64,000 nucleotides of DNA from positions 42,780,001 to 42,844,000 of the forward strand of contig NC_043013.1 in the NCBI RefSeq assembly GCF_006345805.1, given 5' to 3'. The stretch's first letter is position 1. Every line of letters starts with the position of its first letter. Positions 1 to 9,794 of the stretch are shown piece by piece. Under the pieces are notes generated by a model, which saw only the letters and a list, made by a program, of their open reading frames with translations, searched no databases and had not been told where the DNA came from. Source of the stretch: Octopus sinensis (lineage: Eukaryota). The position numbers were made by a program, and so were the translations under genes.

Positions 1-3000
1 CCAGAGCCCAGTGGCAACGCCGGTCAAGAGCCCTGCAGCAGCAACTACAAGGGAGGAAGAAGGGGAAGCAGGCAGATCCAAACTGTCATGCTCCCTTTCC
101 CAACCGTGAGTACACTTATCCTTCTCTCTCACCCACAATGGCTAAGCTGGGTTGTATAAATGTACGTGGAATGGGGTCGAAACGGTAACAAATTTGTTTC
201 CTGAACGACCTCACGACACATGGTGTAGATATTGCTATTGCAACCGAGTCCAAGATGAGCGAGACCCAAGCGTTCTCGCCTCTTCTAAATGGTTTCGAGA
301 AATTTATTTCTCCTAGCCGAGGAGGAGGCAGAGGCGTGGCAGTCTTCATCAGGAAGAGCTTGGACTTGCAGGTAAGTACTGTCTTTCTGGACCCAGAAGG
401 CAGGCTGGTTGTCCTGGATGTGACTCACGTAAGTAAACAGTCCTTCAGGTTGGTAGCTGTCTACGCCCCGAACGAGGGTAGACAGACGGGTTTTTTTCGG
501 AACCTGGAGCCCTTTTTAGCGACGTCGAAAACAGTAATCCTAGTAGGGGACTTTAACACTGTCCTTGAAGCGCACATCGACAATGTTGGCTCAACCAATA
601 GGAAGGGGAACCCTAGCCTCAAGGGTCTACTAGAGAGCTTTGATCTAGTGGACCGTTACCGACTGGATGAGCCGAGCGTTCCACAGTGGACGTGGAGTAA
701 CAACGACGGCTCACACAGATCGTATCTAGATAGGATATTTATTAAGAAAAGAGATAAGGATACGTTTAGTTGTCCACATTTCATATTGTACCTTACTCGG
801 ATCACAAATTTGTGACGTGTGAGGTGCAATTAGACAAGTGTCATAGACAGGGACCCGGGTACTGGAAGCTGAACAAGGCTATTTTGAATTGTGAAGACTT
901 CCGTACCCGGATTAAGGTGTTAGTTCAGAGGGCATTGTGTGGCACCATCATTAACAATAGATGGTGGCACGCCCTCAAAAGAGCCATTCGTTTAGAGTCC
1001 GTTAGATTTAGAAATCAGCTAAGGATAGATAGGGCTAGTCTAGAGGGCGATTTAGTTAAGAATCTAGACGAGGCAATGGAAGCTGGCTCTGCATCCGGAG
1101 TGATGGCGGCAAGGACGGTATTGTACCGTCACCTTAACTCCAAACACGAAGGTTGCAGAGTCAGAGCTAAGCTACGCGCTGGGAAACGAGAAGGTATTAA
1201 CGTGGCCGGATGGGCCCGTCGTGTGGAGAGTCAGAGAGGCAACAGAGCCTCAATCAAATCTTTGACTGACGAACAGGGACAAAAGATCTATGGACAGGAG
1301 GAGATGCAAAAGTTTCTTCACCAGCATTTCGCTCGCGTGTTCGGGGGTGGTGGTTCGCTGGATCGGGGGAGAGCCTTAAAGGACTTCCTAGCCGGCGGAC
1401 CGCGGCTCGCGGGGCGTGAGGTGGAGTGCTGTGAAGGAGCGATCACTCCCGCGGAGATAAGGGAGATACTGGCCGGATGCGCCGGGGAGAAGTCGCCGGG
1501 GTTGGATGGTCTGCCCTACGAGTTTTACCAAAGTATGCCGGACTTGTTCGGGGGAATACTGGCGGGCGTCTACACGAACTGGCAGCAGAACGGGAGAATT
1601 CCCAGTTCTGTAAGCCGGGGAGTGGTGACGCTAATCCAGAAAGACCCGAGCAAGGGGGATAATATTAGTAATTATAGGCCCATAACTCTACTTAATGTAG
1701 AGTTAAAGATTTTGGCCAAGGTGTTAGCAAAAAGGTTGACGGTTGTCGTGGAGAAACTTGTAGGGAGAGCACAGACATGTGCAATTCCAGGCAGGTCGAT
1801 CCAGGACAATCTTCACCTTATACGCTACACCTTAGATAGGGTGGGTAAATTAGCCGGCAAAGGCGGGGTAATGGTCCATTTAAACCAAAGTAAAGCCTTC
1901 GATAGGGTAGACCATGGGTACCTGGCGACGGTCCTCGAAGCGGCTGGGCTGGGCCCTGAATTTCGCGGGTGGATCTCCGCTATGTATAGCGGCATCAAGT
2001 CCACCGTCCAGATAAACGGTTACCTAACTGAACCGTTTTCGATCGAGTGTTCAGTGCGTCAGGGGTGCCCCTTGTCACCACTTTTGTACGTATTGGCCCT
2101 TGAGCCACTGCTGCGAAAGTTGGAGAGGCTAGGGAGTAACTCGGATGAAATCGGAGGTGGGAGGACGGTTACTGCTTATGCGGATGACGTCACCCTCATC
2201 GTGTCCAAAGAGGCCCAACTACCTTGTGTAGAGGAGGCTATCAGAGGATACGAGGCGGTGGCAGGAGCAAAGGTTAACAAGGACAAATCGGTTGGCTTGC
2301 GCCTCGGCACCTGCAGGAGCAAGTCGATATCGTCCAGTGTCGTGGGACACTGGACGGATGGCCCTGTTAAGTTGCTGGGAGTTTGGTTTGGACCAGACTC
2401 CCAAACGGAGAAGAACTGGAGTGAGGTGACAAGCAAGGTGGAGGCCATAGTACGGACCTGGTCCGGAAGGTCTCTGTCCTTGAAAGGAAAGGCGGAGGTG
2501 GTGCAGATGTTCATTGCATCTGTAATCACCTACCGCCTGACCGTTGTCCCTTGCCCCGATTCATGGCTTAACAAGTTGGAACGAATCCTTTTCCGCTTTT
2601 TGTGGAAAGGAGGAAAGCCACTTGTGAGGCGCTCCGTTTGCTGCCAAGAACCGTTAAAGGGTGGGTTAGGGATGCCTTGGTTGATGATGCGCAGACATGC
2701 GTTGAGGCTAAGGCATCTCTGGCACCACCTGGAGGGTGATAAGGTGTGGAGTCCGCTGGCAGGGGGATTTTTCCCGAGACCGGCCTCCTTAGTGAATTTT
2801 AAACCCGGTTACATCAAAAGATGGAAACTGACTCCATGGCAAAAGGAGTGCCGACAGGCACTCACGCTGATCCACAAGGCGGGCAAGGCCGGCTGCGGAA
2901 ATACCACCTCGGTATTTTATAGAGGGCTGGTAGAGGCAAAAAACGACGACGTCCTAGGAGGGGCTCTGGGGTTTGATGAAGACCAGCTTGCCAACCTGTT

Positions 3001-3765
3001 TAAAAAAACTTTCAGGTCGGGGTATTTGGATAATTTCCAAAGATCCCTGGCCTGGCAGTGCTATAGGAATGCTTTACCTGTTCGCGAGAAGTTATCGCGG
3101 CACGGAGTTTCAGTGCCACCGACGTGTCCAAGGTGCGGGTTGGACGATGAAACCGTCCAGCACGCTTTTGTTCACTGTCGGAAGTTGTCCGACTTGATAA
3201 GTTACGCAGAACACGTGTTATCGCATCTGGGACGAGTACAGCTGTCGGCTGAGTCTATGATTAAGATGATACCGCCAACTGGACTCTCGAAGGAAGGTGA
3301 GGCATGTTTTCACTGCACGGTTGCAGTAGTAAAGGAATGCATGTGGAGAACGAGAATGGAAGGAGCCGCGATAGGATCCTTTGTCTCCGGCCCCACCTGC
3401 TCACTTACTTCAGATATCATCTGAAGAGCAAAATGGGGCTGGAAAAGAGGATCTTACCACGGCGTGTGTATGAGAAAAGATGGAAGGAAGTAGAAAAAAA
3501 GGTGGGTGTCAGAAACCCAGCTTGACCATGGAGGAGAGAGAGGAAGTGGAAGCTGCAGGGCCTCATAAATTGCCGGGGTGTAAAAGCTCCAGTGAGACTA
3601 CAAGTTCATCTACTGTTGTTTGTTATACTGGTTATGCAAAGGATATTATTTTATAATGAATGTAAACAAAATTTTTAATCGAATCTCTTAAATGTTTTTT
3701 TTGTATGTATGTCCTGTATTTGTCCTTCTGTGTAATCGATTTTTATAATCTTAATAAAGAAATAC
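1..3765 (+). mobile_element. Tx1/L1-clade non-LTR retrotransposon, copy 1 (cut by window edge; ORF2 disrupted)
   Basis: Near-identical to 6013-9794 across ORF2. Ends AATAAAGAAATAC directly before the tandem-repeat unit. Confidence 0.92.
138..3525 (+). pseudogene. Disrupted ORF2 (APE endonuclease-RT-zinc finger) of Tx1 copy 1
   Basis: Relative to intact copy 2: TAA at 186-188, 1-nt deletion near 778 and frameshift near 3395. Motif changes LDQSKAFD>LNQSKAFD and GTWRS>GTCRS. Confidence 0.9.
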
Positions 3766-4512
3766 CTCTTCTCGATTCTACATCTTGCTGACAAAACACT
3801 GACTCGAAAAATGACCAGCTAAGCGAATTTAACTTACAACCTGTCATTCATATTCATTTTTTAAGCGTTGATTCGTAACCCTAAATCCCGTTTCTCTATT
3901 ATTTGTTTCGCCATCTTGTATGCATGGCTTCCTGTCTGTCATGCATTTTAAATTCCTCCTTTAATTTCAGTGTCATCCCGTTGTTATTCCATCCCCAGAA
4001 TTCACTACAATATTCTCCCTCTCTCCTATTTATATTATGTTTTAATCGAACCCCGAAGTTTCTAGATGTTCAGTAATTTCTGTCGCAGAAAATTCCCTAC
4101 GTATTAACTTAAAACCTGTTGTTCAAAGATACCCTAAATTCCCTACGAAATATTTTCTCTCTCTCTTATTTATATTACATTCTTCTCGAACCCCGAAGTT
4201 TCTAGATGTTCAGTAATTTCTGTCGCAGAAAATTCCCTACGTATTAACTTAAAACCTGTTGTTCAAAGATACCCTAAATTCCCTACGAAATTTTTCTCTC
4301 TCTCTTATTTATATTACATTCTTCTCGAACCCCGAAGTTTCTAGATGTTCAGTAATTTCTGTTGCAGAAAATTCCTTACGAATTAAACATGTTGTCCCTT
4401 AGCTCTCTCTCTCTCTCTTCCTTCCCCCCTCTCTCTTTCCTCATGCTTCCACCTGATAATCCCCCCCCAATCCCTAACTCTTTATAAAGCAGTGTTCGAT
4501 TTATCTCGTCCC
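3766..4512. repeat. Tandem-repeat unit (Tx1 target array), with three 140-bp subrepeats
   Basis: Same sequence recurs at 9795, 10399 and 11284. Internal CCCCGAAGTTTCTAGATG recurs with about 140-bp period. Confidence 0.95.
4483..4512 (+). promoter_or_regulatory. TATA-like box 29 nt upstream of the repeat junction / Tx1 insertion site
   Basis: TATAAA at 4483, 10370 and 11255, each 29 nt before the C of CCTCTTC, which is a TCT-initiator-like motif. Confidence 0.4.
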
Positions 4513-4684
4513 GTCTGCGTTGTGAGAAAATTGCTGCCTCCATTTAAGAGAGCTCGAATTTGTGATATTATTGTTTGTGTTAACTGTTTTGAACAGTGCC
4601 CGTTGTAAAACGGTAATTTTCGCCCTACGGGGCAGAAAATTTGTATTACCTGCATTTTTGTTACCTTGGAGGTAATTTTTTGAA

Positions 4685-6121
4685 ATGGAGTTCGACTTGA
4701 CGTCGAAGGAAGATTTCCCCGTGATGGGAAAAAGTGAAAATAAGGATAATGAAGTACCCAAACAGTCATTCTCGGCCGCGGTGGGCGGCGCCATGATGGA
4801 AGTCGAATTTAAAATCGAACAGCTATACGAATACAGGAACCTAGTAAAAATGGAAGGAGGCGAGATAAGGCTTGTACCGCCGCAAGCAAAAGTACAAGAA
4901 ATCAAAGAAAGAATTGTGATTTACAAAGTATACAGCTTTAAAGAAAAAAAGATTATGGATGTGAAAAATGAAATTGTCGAGAAGTGCCTGTCCCCGGTGT
5001 GGGACAAAATTCGTCATGTCGTGAGAGGTGCACGCAGTGCTACGGTCGAGGCGCACTTTGACACGGCAGAGGTGGCGAAAGAGGTGTCGTCGTTGACCCT
5101 AAAAAACGACGACATCATGCTACTACCCTCGTATATGGGGAAGCGAACTGCAAAGCTAATGGTAGAAGACATACCCAGAGGGTACGACATCATGTGGGTA
5201 GCAGCGGCAGTCCTGCACAACATGGAACGTGAAATATCAATACTGCAAATGAGAAGGAAGGAGGTGGTACGGTGGAAGGGCCAGACCCTGGAGCTCCTCG
5301 TGCAGGCGGAGAACAAAATCCTGGAAAACCTGCCCGACAGAATCTTTAATGAGGACGGCACGTCCATGAGAGTTTCGGTGGAGGGACGTAGACCCAGATG
5401 CTTCAAGTGTGGAGAGAAGGGTCACGTCCGATCCAACTGTATTAAAAAGAAAAAAACAGAAGAAGCGCCTCCTCAAAGTGTCCCTATCACTGAAGGGGAG
5501 GAAACAAGCAAAAACAACAAAAAGACAAAGACAAGCACGGAAACAAAAGCGGACCATACAGAACTAATGGACTACACACAAGTCACTCATAAAAGAAAAA
5601 AAGAGAATACCCAGGACTCCCCTCCCCAAACAAGGAAAAAAACAGCAAACACAGCAGACACACACATCAAGCAAATCCCCCAACCCTACCCCCATGGCAC
5701 TGTTTTCATTGGAAAACAGTTTGCCAAGCCCCTCCCCATAAAACAAGACATAAAAAAGTGCCTACAAAAGAACGAAAGGATAATAGCTTTCGATGAAAAA
5801 AATGAGAAAGTTTATAAATGTTGCAAACTTTCGAGATTTATACTGTATAGTAGAACCTCAGATGGGAAAGCAACCGCTCGCTTCGCGAAGGTAGGGGAGA
5901 ACGAGTGGAAGGAGGAGGTTCTTCAGGAACACCTGAGGAACCGTCTAATAAGAGATGTGACCAAGGAGGTAATGGAGGGCAAACTGACAATAACCCCGGC
6001 AACCACACCCACCCAGAGCCCAGTGGCAACGCCGGTCAAGAGCCCTGCAGCAGCAACTACAAGGGAGGAAGAAGGGGAAGCAGGCAGATCCAAACTGTCA
6101 TGCTCCCTCTCCCAACCGTGA
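4685..6121 (+). CDS. Tx1 ORF1 (gag-like nucleic-acid-binding protein with a CCHC zinc knuckle)
   Basis: 478-aa ORF with CFKCGEKGHVRSNC (Cx2Cx4Hx4C) and a K/T-rich tail. Ends 28 nt before ORF2. Confidence 0.9.
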   Translation: MEFDLTSKEDFPVMGKSENKDNEVPKQSFSAAVGGAMMEVEFKIEQLYEYRNLVKMEGGEIRLVPPQAKVQEIKERIVIYKVYSFKEKKIMDVKNEIVEKCLSPVWDKIRHVVRGARSATVEAHFDTAEVAKEVSSLTLKNDDIMLLPSYMGKRTAKLMVEDIPRGYDIMWVAAAVLHNMEREISILQMRRKEVVRWKGQTLELLVQAENKILENLPDRIFNEDGTSMRVSVEGRRPRCFKCGEKGHVRSNCIKKKKTEEAPPQSVPITEGEETSKNNKKTKTSTETKADHTELMDYTQVTHKRKKENTQDSPPQTRKKTANTADTHIKQIPQPYPHGTVFIGKQFAKPLPIKQDIKKCLQKNERIIAFDEKNEKVYKCCKLSRFILYSRTSDGKATARFAKVGENEWKEEVLQEHLRNRLIRDVTKEVMEGKLTITPATTPTQSPVATPVKSPAAATTREEEGEAGRSKLSCSLSQP

Positions 6122-6149
6122 GTACACTTATCCTTCTCTCTCACCCACA

Positions 6150-9100
6150 ATGGCTAAGCTGGGTTGTATAAATGTACGTGGAATGGGGTCGAAACGGAAA
6201 CAAATTTGTTTCCTGAACGACCTCACGACACATGGAGTAGATATTGCTATTGCAACCGAGTCCAAGATGAGCGAGACCCAAGCGTTCTCGCCTCTTCTAA
6301 ATGGTTTCGAGAAATTTATTTCTCCTAGCCGAGGAGGAGGCAGAGGCGTGGCAGTCTTCATCAGGAAGAGCTTGGACTTGCAGGTAAGTACTGTCTTTCT
6401 GGACCCAGAAGGCAGGCTGGTTGTCCTGGATGTGACTCACGTAAGTAAACAGTCCTTCAGGTTGGTAGCTGTCTACGCCCCGAACGAGGGTAGACAGACG
6501 GGTTTTTTTCGGAACCTGGAGCCCTTTTTAGCGACGTCGAAAACAGTAATCCTAGTAGGGGACTTTAACACTGTCCTTGAAGCGCACATCGACAATGTTG
6601 GCTCAACCAATAGGAAGGGGAACCCTAGCCTCAAGGGTCTACTAGAGAGCTTTGATCTAGTGGACCGTTACCGACTGGATGAGCCGAGCGTTCCACAGTG
6701 GACGTGGAGTAACAACGACGGCTCACACAGATCGTATCTAGATAGGATATTTATTAAGAAAAGAGATAAGGATACGTTTAGTTGTCCACAATTTCATATT
6801 GTACCTTACTCGGATCACAAATTTGTGACGTGTGAGGTGCAATTAGACAAGTGTCATAGACAGGGACCCGGGTACTGGAAGCTGAACAAGGCTATTTTGA
6901 ATTGTGAAGACTTCCGTACCCGGATTAAGGTGTTAGTTCAGAGGGCATTGTGTGGCACCATCATTAACAATAGATGGTGGCACGCCCTCAAAAGAGCCAT
7001 TCGTTTAGAGTCCGTTAGATTTAGCAATCAGCTAAGGATAGATAGGGCTAGTCTAGAGGGCGATTTAGTTAAGAATCTAGACGAGGCAATGGAAGCTGGC
7101 TCCGCATCCGGAGTGTTGGCGGCAAGGACGGTATTATACCGTCACCTTAACTCCAAACACGAAGGTTGCAGAGTCAGAGCTAAGCTGCGCGCTGGGAAAC
7201 GAGAAGGTATTAACGTGGCCGGATGGGCCCGTCGTGTGGAGAGTCAGAGAGGCAACAGAGCCTCAATCAAATCTTTGACTGACGAACAGGGACAAAAGAT
7301 CTATGGACAGGAGGAGATGCAAAAGTTTCTTCACCAGCATTTCGCTCGCGTGTTTGGGGGTGGTGGTCCGCTGGATCGGGGGAGAGCCTTAAAGGACTTC
7401 CTAGCCGGCGGGCCGCGGCTCGCGGCGCGTGAGGTGGAGTGCTGTGAAGGAGCGATCACTCCCGCAGAGATAAAGGAGATACTGGCCGAATGCGCCGGGG
7501 AGAAGTCGCCGGGGTTGGATGGTCTGCCCTACGAGTTTTACCAAAGTATGCCGGACTTGTTCGGGGGAATACTGGCAGGCGTCTACACGAACTGGCAGCA
7601 GAACGGGAGAATTCCCAGTTCTGTAAGCCGGGGAGTGGTGACGCTAATCCAGAAAGACCCGAGCAAGGGGGATAATATTAGTAACTACAGGCCCATAACT
7701 CTACTTAATGTAGAGTTAAAGATTTTGGCCAAGGTGTTAGCAAAAAGGTTGACGGTTGTCGTGGAGAAACTTGTAGGGAGAGCACAGACATGTGCAATTC
7801 CAGGCAGGTCGATCCAGGACAATCTTCACCTTATACGCTACACCTTAGATAGGGTGGGTAAATTAGCCGGCAAAGGCGGGGTAATGGTCCATTTAGACCA
7901 AAGTAAAGCCTTCGATAGGGTAGACCATGGGTACCTGGCGACGGTCCTCGAAGCGGCTGGGCTGGGCCCTGAATTTCGCGGGTGGATCTCCGCTATGTAT
8001 AGCGGCATCAAGTCCACCGTCCAGATAAACGGTTACCTAACTGAACCGTTTTCGATCGAGTGTTCAGTGCGTCAGGGGTGCCCCTTGTCACCACTTTTGT
8101 ACGTATTGGCCCTCGAGCCACTGCTGCGAAAGTTGGAGAGGCTAGGGAGTAACTCGGATGAAATCGGAGGTGGGAGGACGGTTACTGCTTATGCGGATGA
8201 CGTCACCCTCATCGTGTCCAAAGAGGCCCAACTACCTTGTGTAGAGGAGGCTATCAGAGGATACGAGGCGGTGGCAGGAGCAAAGGTTAACAAGGACAAA
8301 TCGGTCGGCTTGCGCCTCGGCACCTGGAGGAGCAAGTCGATATCGTCCAGTGTCGTGGGACACTGGACGGATGGCCCTGTTAAGTTGCTGGGAGTTTGGT
8401 TTGGACCAGACTCCCAAACGGAGAAGAACTGGAGTGAGGTGACGAGCAAGGTGGAGGCCATAGTACGGACCTGGTCCGGAAGGTCTCTGTCCTTGAAAGG
8501 GAAGGCGGAGGTGGTGCAGATGTTCATTGCATCTGTAATCACCTACCGCCTGACCGTTGTCCCTTGCCCCGATTCATGGCTTAACAAGTTGGAACGAATC
8601 CTTTTCCGCTTTTTGTGGAAAGGAGGAAAGCCACTTGTGAGGCGCTCCGTTTGCTGTCAAGAACCGTTAAAGGGTGGGTTAGGGATGCCTTGGTTGATGA
8701 TGCGCAGACATGCGTTGAGGCTAAGGCATCTCTGGCACCACCTGGAGGGTGATAAGGTGTGGAGTCCGCTGGCAGGAGGATTTTTCCCGAGACCGGCCTC
8801 CTTAGTGAATTTTAAACCCGGTTACATCAAAAGATGGAAACTGACCCCATGGCAAAAGGAGTGTCGACAGGCACTCACGCTGATCCACAAGGCGGGCAAG
8901 GCCGGCTGCGGAAATACCACCTCGGTATTTTATAGAGGGCTGGTAGAGGCAAAAAACGACGACGTCCTAGGAGGGGCTCTGGGGTTTGATGAAGACCAGC
9001 TTGCCAACCTGTTTAAAAAAACTTTCAGGTCGGGGTATTTGGATAATTTCCAAAGATCCCTGGCCTGGCAGTGCTATAGGAATGCTTTACCTGTTCGCGA

Positions 9101-9539
9101 GAAGTTATCGCGGCACGGAGTTTCAGTGCCACCGACGTGTCCAAGGTGCGAGTTGGACGATGAAACCGTCCAGCACGCTTTTGTTCACTGTCGGAAGTTG
9201 TCCGACTTGATAAGTTACGCAGAACACGTGTTATCGCATCTGGGACGAGTACAGCTGTCGGCTGAGTCTATGATTAAGATGATACCGCCAACTGGACTCT
9301 CGAAGGAAGGTGAGGCATGTTTTCACTGCACGGTTGCAGTAGTAAAGGAATGCATGTGGAGAACGAGAATGGAAGGAGCCGCGATAGGATCCTTTGTCTC
9401 CGGCCCCAGCTTGCTCACTTACTTCAGATATCATCTGAAGAGCAAAATGGGGCTGGAGAGGAGGATCTTGCCGCGGAGTGTGTATGAGAAAAGATGGAAG
9501 GAAGTAGAAAAAAAGGTGGGTGTCAGAAACCCAGCTTGA
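6150..9539 (+). CDS. Tx1/L1 ORF2: APE endonuclease, reverse transcriptase, C-terminal zinc finger
   Basis: 1129 aa. APE motifs (INVRG, GDFN, SYLDRIF, SDH), RT motifs (YRPITLL, KAFD, QGCPLSP, YADD) and CPRC...ETVQHAFVHC. Confidence 0.95.
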   Translation: MAKLGCINVRGMGSKRKQICFLNDLTTHGVDIAIATESKMSETQAFSPLLNGFEKFISPSRGGGRGVAVFIRKSLDLQVSTVFLDPEGRLVVLDVTHVSKQSFRLVAVYAPNEGRQTGFFRNLEPFLATSKTVILVGDFNTVLEAHIDNVGSTNRKGNPSLKGLLESFDLVDRYRLDEPSVPQWTWSNNDGSHRSYLDRIFIKKRDKDTFSCPQFHIVPYSDHKFVTCEVQLDKCHRQGPGYWKLNKAILNCEDFRTRIKVLVQRALCGTIINNRWWHALKRAIRLESVRFSNQLRIDRASLEGDLVKNLDEAMEAGSASGVLAARTVLYRHLNSKHEGCRVRAKLRAGKREGINVAGWARRVESQRGNRASIKSLTDEQGQKIYGQEEMQKFLHQHFARVFGGGGPLDRGRALKDFLAGGPRLAAREVECCEGAITPAEIKEILAECAGEKSPGLDGLPYEFYQSMPDLFGGILAGVYTNWQQNGRIPSSVSRGVVTLIQKDPSKGDNISNYRPITLLNVELKILAKVLAKRLTVVVEKLVGRAQTCAIPGRSIQDNLHLIRYTLDRVGKLAGKGGVMVHLDQSKAFDRVDHGYLATVLEAAGLGPEFRGWISAMYSGIKSTVQINGYLTEPFSIECSVRQGCPLSPLLYVLALEPLLRKLERLGSNSDEIGGGRTVTAYADDVTLIVSKEAQLPCVEEAIRGYEAVAGAKVNKDKSVGLRLGTWRSKSISSSVVGHWTDGPVKLLGVWFGPDSQTEKNWSEVTSKVEAIVRTWSGRSLSLKGKAEVVQMFIASVITYRLTVVPCPDSWLNKLERILFRFLWKGGKPLVRRSVCCQEPLKGGLGMPWLMMRRHALRLRHLWHHLEGDKVWSPLAGGFFPRPASLVNFKPGYIKRWKLTPWQKECRQALTLIHKAGKAGCGNTTSVFYRGLVEAKNDDVLGGALGFDEDQLANLFKKTFRSGYLDNFQRSLAWQCYRNALPVREKLSRHGVSVPPTCPRCELDDETVQHAFVHCRKLSDLISYAEHVLSHLGRVQLSAESMIKMIPPTGLSKEGEACFHCTVAVVKECMWRTRMEGAAIGSFVSGPSLLTYFRYHLKSKMGLERRILPRSVYEKRWKEVEKKVGVRNPA

Positions 9540-9794
9540 CCATGGAAGAGAGAGAGGAAGTGGAAGCTGCAGGGCCCCATAAATTGCCGGGGTGTAGAGG
9601 CTCCAGTGAAGAGCATAAGTTATATACTGTGGTTTATACTAATAGGTCATGTAAAAGACATTTAATTATTTTTATAAATGAATAATTCAAATGTAAACGA
9701 AAAATTTTTAAAACGAATCTCTTAAATGTTTTTTGTATGTATGTCCTGTATTTGTCCTTCTATGTTTGATTTTATAATCATAATAAAGAAATAC

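Larger units (their letters stand above)
4513..9794 (+). mobile_element. Full-length Tx1/L1-clade non-LTR retrotransposon, copy 2, apparently intact
   Basis: 172-nt 5' UTR, open ORF1 and ORF2, 3' UTR ending AATAAAGAAATAC. Flanked on both sides by the target repeat. Confidence 0.93.
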
